From Nitrososphaeraceae archaeon (GTDB taxonomy: Archaea > Thermoproteota > Nitrososphaeria > Nitrososphaerales > Nitrososphaeraceae), in contig DATFEP010000061.1 of NCBI GenBank assembly GCA_035250975.1, positions 112,494 through 176,493 on the forward strand: a stretch of 64,000 nt of DNA, written 5' to 3'. The position numbers were made by a program, and so were the translations under genes. This document shows positions 61,800 to 64,000 of this stretch, one piece after another. Under the pieces are notes generated by a model. The model worked only from the letters and a program-made list of their open reading frames with translations. It was not told the DNA's origin and did not search any database. How positions within the stretch are numbered: position 1 is the stretch's first letter; each line of letters begins with the position of its first letter.

Positions 61800-62438
61800 T
61801 TATGGTCCTCTATACTCTACAAGTGAATAAAATGCATTCTTTCCAGAGTGATCAAAATTTAAACTTGGAGTAGTAATACGCATTATCTTTGTTTTTGCTG
61901 CCTCTGCAAGCTTCCAGATAAATCCTTTTGGTAGTTGTATCTTTGTATCCTGTTCTTCACCAGTAACAGGATTTATGAAACTTTCTACTTGTACGTCTAT
62001 TATATCAGACACAGAGAAACTACTTTTCTTTCCATCTATCTTGACATTGAGATCTACAAATTGAGGTTCAAGAATATATTTAAATGTCCCTGCAAAGAGA
62101 GCAAAAGGACCTTCTCCTTTAGCTTTTCCAGAGAATATATCGAGTAATGCATGTCTTGATTTATTATCTGATGTATTTTTACCAATGTAAAGCTGCATTG
62201 TACCATTACCCTCATGTATTGCCTTGGGCCAGGAATATGCACCAACCACGTCTAAGCCATCTAATTTTATATCTCCATAATTTCCTTCTCTTATATGATA
62301 TAATACTAAAGCTCTGCAAAAGCCGTTACTAGGAAAAGCATCAAAATTACATGGACAGCCATAATCACAATTACATGTTTCAACATAATCAGCTTTTAAA
62401 TGCCAAGGGGGTATCTGTGCAGTGGATGACGATTCCAT
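61800..62438 (-). CDS. DUF1326-like Cys-rich protein (paralogue A)
   Basis: W.LKADYVETCNCDYGCPCNF..P..G.C, GNYGDIKLDGL, WPKAIHEGNG, LPKGFIW. ATG at 62438. Confidence 0.88.
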   Translation of the reverse strand: MESSSTAQIPPWHLKADYVETCNCDYGCPCNFDAFPSNGFCRALVLYHIREGNYGDIKLDGLDVVGAYSWPKAIHEGNGTMQLYIGKNTSDNKSRHALLDIFSGKAKGEGPFALFAGTFKYILEPQFVDLNVKIDGKKSSFSVSDIIDVQVESFINPVTGEEQDTKIQLPKGFIWKLAEAAKTKIMRITTPSLNFDHSGKNAFYSLVEYRGP

Positions 62439-63210
62439 TATCAAAAAATAATTCTTTAGCCGTATAAAAGAATATCTTTTAAATATATATTTAGTACCAT
62501 CCAACAAAAAGAGATTGAAATCAAGAGATAAGTAGTTTCTAATCTCTGATCTAATAATCTTCCTTTTGAATTATATTCATCTATCTTGATTTCATGAACG
62601 ATATAGAAAAGGTATAATGTATTTATGTGATTTTCCCTGACCTAAATAACAAAATTAAATGATGTTCTTATTTTTTCGTTCATTTGATTCTTAATTTACC
62701 ATCATTGAATTTAATTTTGATGACTGTTTCTCGAAGCTATTATTGAGCTATTTAGAATTATATAATACTTATAGTCTCATGCTTCTACAAGAATATGATT
62801 ATTACTATGTCTAATTTTCATTCATATATTTCAATTGGAATATTAACATAAAAATTATGACTTATCATTATGCAAACATGCAAATTCTCTGCAATAATAA
62901 TAAAAACCACAAGAAGACATATCGGATATACTAATGATGGAGAATATTCAAAATAGCAATTGAGACATTTCATATATTATAAATATAAATTATTTTTATA
63001 TAAATTGATTGAGTAATAGCAGACATTTCATTATAAGTATAAAACTTAAAGTTTATTTCCTTATTAGTGTCTTATAACAATTTTTGAATCAATCAGAGGA
63101 AGATAACCCAGATAAGAGAGGGATTACAACATGGAACAATTACCTTGTTAGCTGTTAGTAATCATAAGATTCATCTAAGACCACTAAATAGCGAAATACA
63201 CGATAGTCGA

Positions 63211-63513
63211 TTACACTAAAGAAACATGTGAAAGGAATAAGTCGTCAAAAAATTGAATAAAATCCATATTATTAATAACATCATCTCCAAATATCCCAAA
63301 GCTTATTACTTTGCCATTTCCATATTCCAACTCATAGGCAGCTATAAGATAATTATACTTAGATTGAGCTTTATAATCTATTAAAATATTTACATTTGGA
63401 TTGGTTATATATTGCTCTTCGTGATGAACGTATGAAAATGGATTGTTATTAAAATCAATAGAACACGAACTACCACAACCGACAGTAGATTTGGTACATG
63501 GTGTAATGATGTA
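63211..63513 (-). pseudogene. 5'-truncated gene remnant (100 codons, no start)
   Basis: Open frame ...CSIDFNNNPFSYVHHEEQYITNPNVNILIDY..IAAYELEYGNGKVISFGIFGDDVI..FFDDLFLSHVSLV* is protein-like and preceded by an in-frame TGA. Confidence 0.7.
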
Positions 63514-63719
63514 TCATTTCGACGATCTGATTTAGGAGAAATGATCAACAAAAACTCATAGATTTTTTTATTTTGTAAAAAATCGAACATCAATGAATCA
63601 TATTAATTTGCTTCTAGTACTCATCTTCAAATCTATATTCCTTTAAAAACAAATAATAGATGGTAACAACAACCATTGATTAATGAATCCAAACCATAGG
63701 ATTCGAAGTGAGCGTACTG

Positions 63720-63771
63720 TTCCCGCTCAAGGCTCAGACTTTAAGCATAAATTTGGATATTTTTGCAAAAT
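63720..63771 (+). repeat. attR-like copy of the tRNA-Thr 3' end plus downstream flank
   Basis: Matches 59897-59947: 15 bp exact, 5 nt different, then tttaagcataaatttggatatttttgcaaaat vs tttgagcacaaattttgatatgtttg-aaaat. Confidence 0.85.
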
Positions 63772-64000
63772 CGGGCTTGCGTACTTATGAGTATCGACAT
63801 AACTTTATATCAGAATTCGTATATATCATCTTGTTATATTAATAAGTTGGAATTTTGAGAGGAATTAGGAAACAACAAGGATAATCGCTTAATATGAAGG
63901 TAAAGATTTCGGATCAAAGTATCAATACGAATAAAGATAATAGATCAACTCAAGTAACCACAAGGAGGAATAGAATTTTATCAAGTCAGAAAATGATAGG

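Larger units (their letters stand above)
59897..63771. mobile_element. tRNA-Thr-anchored genomic island remnant (no integrase)
   Basis: Perfect 15-bp direct repeat ttcccgctcaaggct at 59897-59911 and 63720-63734, each followed after 5 nt by a similar ~32-nt block. Confidence 0.75.

Noticed and set aside
888-62332. Many 60-150 aa antisense or alternate-frame ORFs in the track (e.g. 888-1100, 3775-4116, 11977-12273, 20358-20711, 54394-54849, 61071-61373)
   Set aside because: They lie within or largely overlap well-supported genes and have no recognisable motifs; shadow ORFs.
63405-63593. 62-aa ORF from the track
   Set aside because: The overlapping frame 63211-63513 is far more protein-like.
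63685-63734. Split (trans-spliced) tRNA-Thr 3' half
   Set aside because: An intact cis-intron gene exists, and the upstream sequence cannot form a BHB with the 5' exon; an att duplication is the simpler explanation.

Overview
AT-rich (roughly 30% GC by eye) archaeal chromosomal segment. Gene content points to an ammonia-oxidising archaeon of the Nitrososphaeraceae type (inference): archaeal CoA pathway poK-pps-panB-coaBC, egsA, aCPSF1-like nuclease, Lhr, RPA, Cdc6/Orc1, Nep1, Rpp21, S19e/L44e/S27e, TFB, cofCD, cobYSBQD and 3HP/4HB-cycle-type dehydrogenases. Most of the window is housekeeping. There are two tRNAs: Val-CAC, and Thr-GGT with a 21-nt BHB intron at T-loop position 59/60. I also found two decayed IS5-like transposase remnants and several small ORFs that the ORF track missed or mis-started. 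The most notable feature is at the right end: a ~3.8-kb integrase-less island bounded by direct repeats of the tRNA-Thr 3' exon plus flank. It carries two divergent Cys-rich DUF1326-like paralogues, a Met/Cys-rich DUF2182-like membrane protein and a 5'-truncated gene remnant. A divergent winged-helix gene pair, one member with a PIP-box-like tail, also merits follow-up. All family calls come from motif recognition by eye; no database searches were run.
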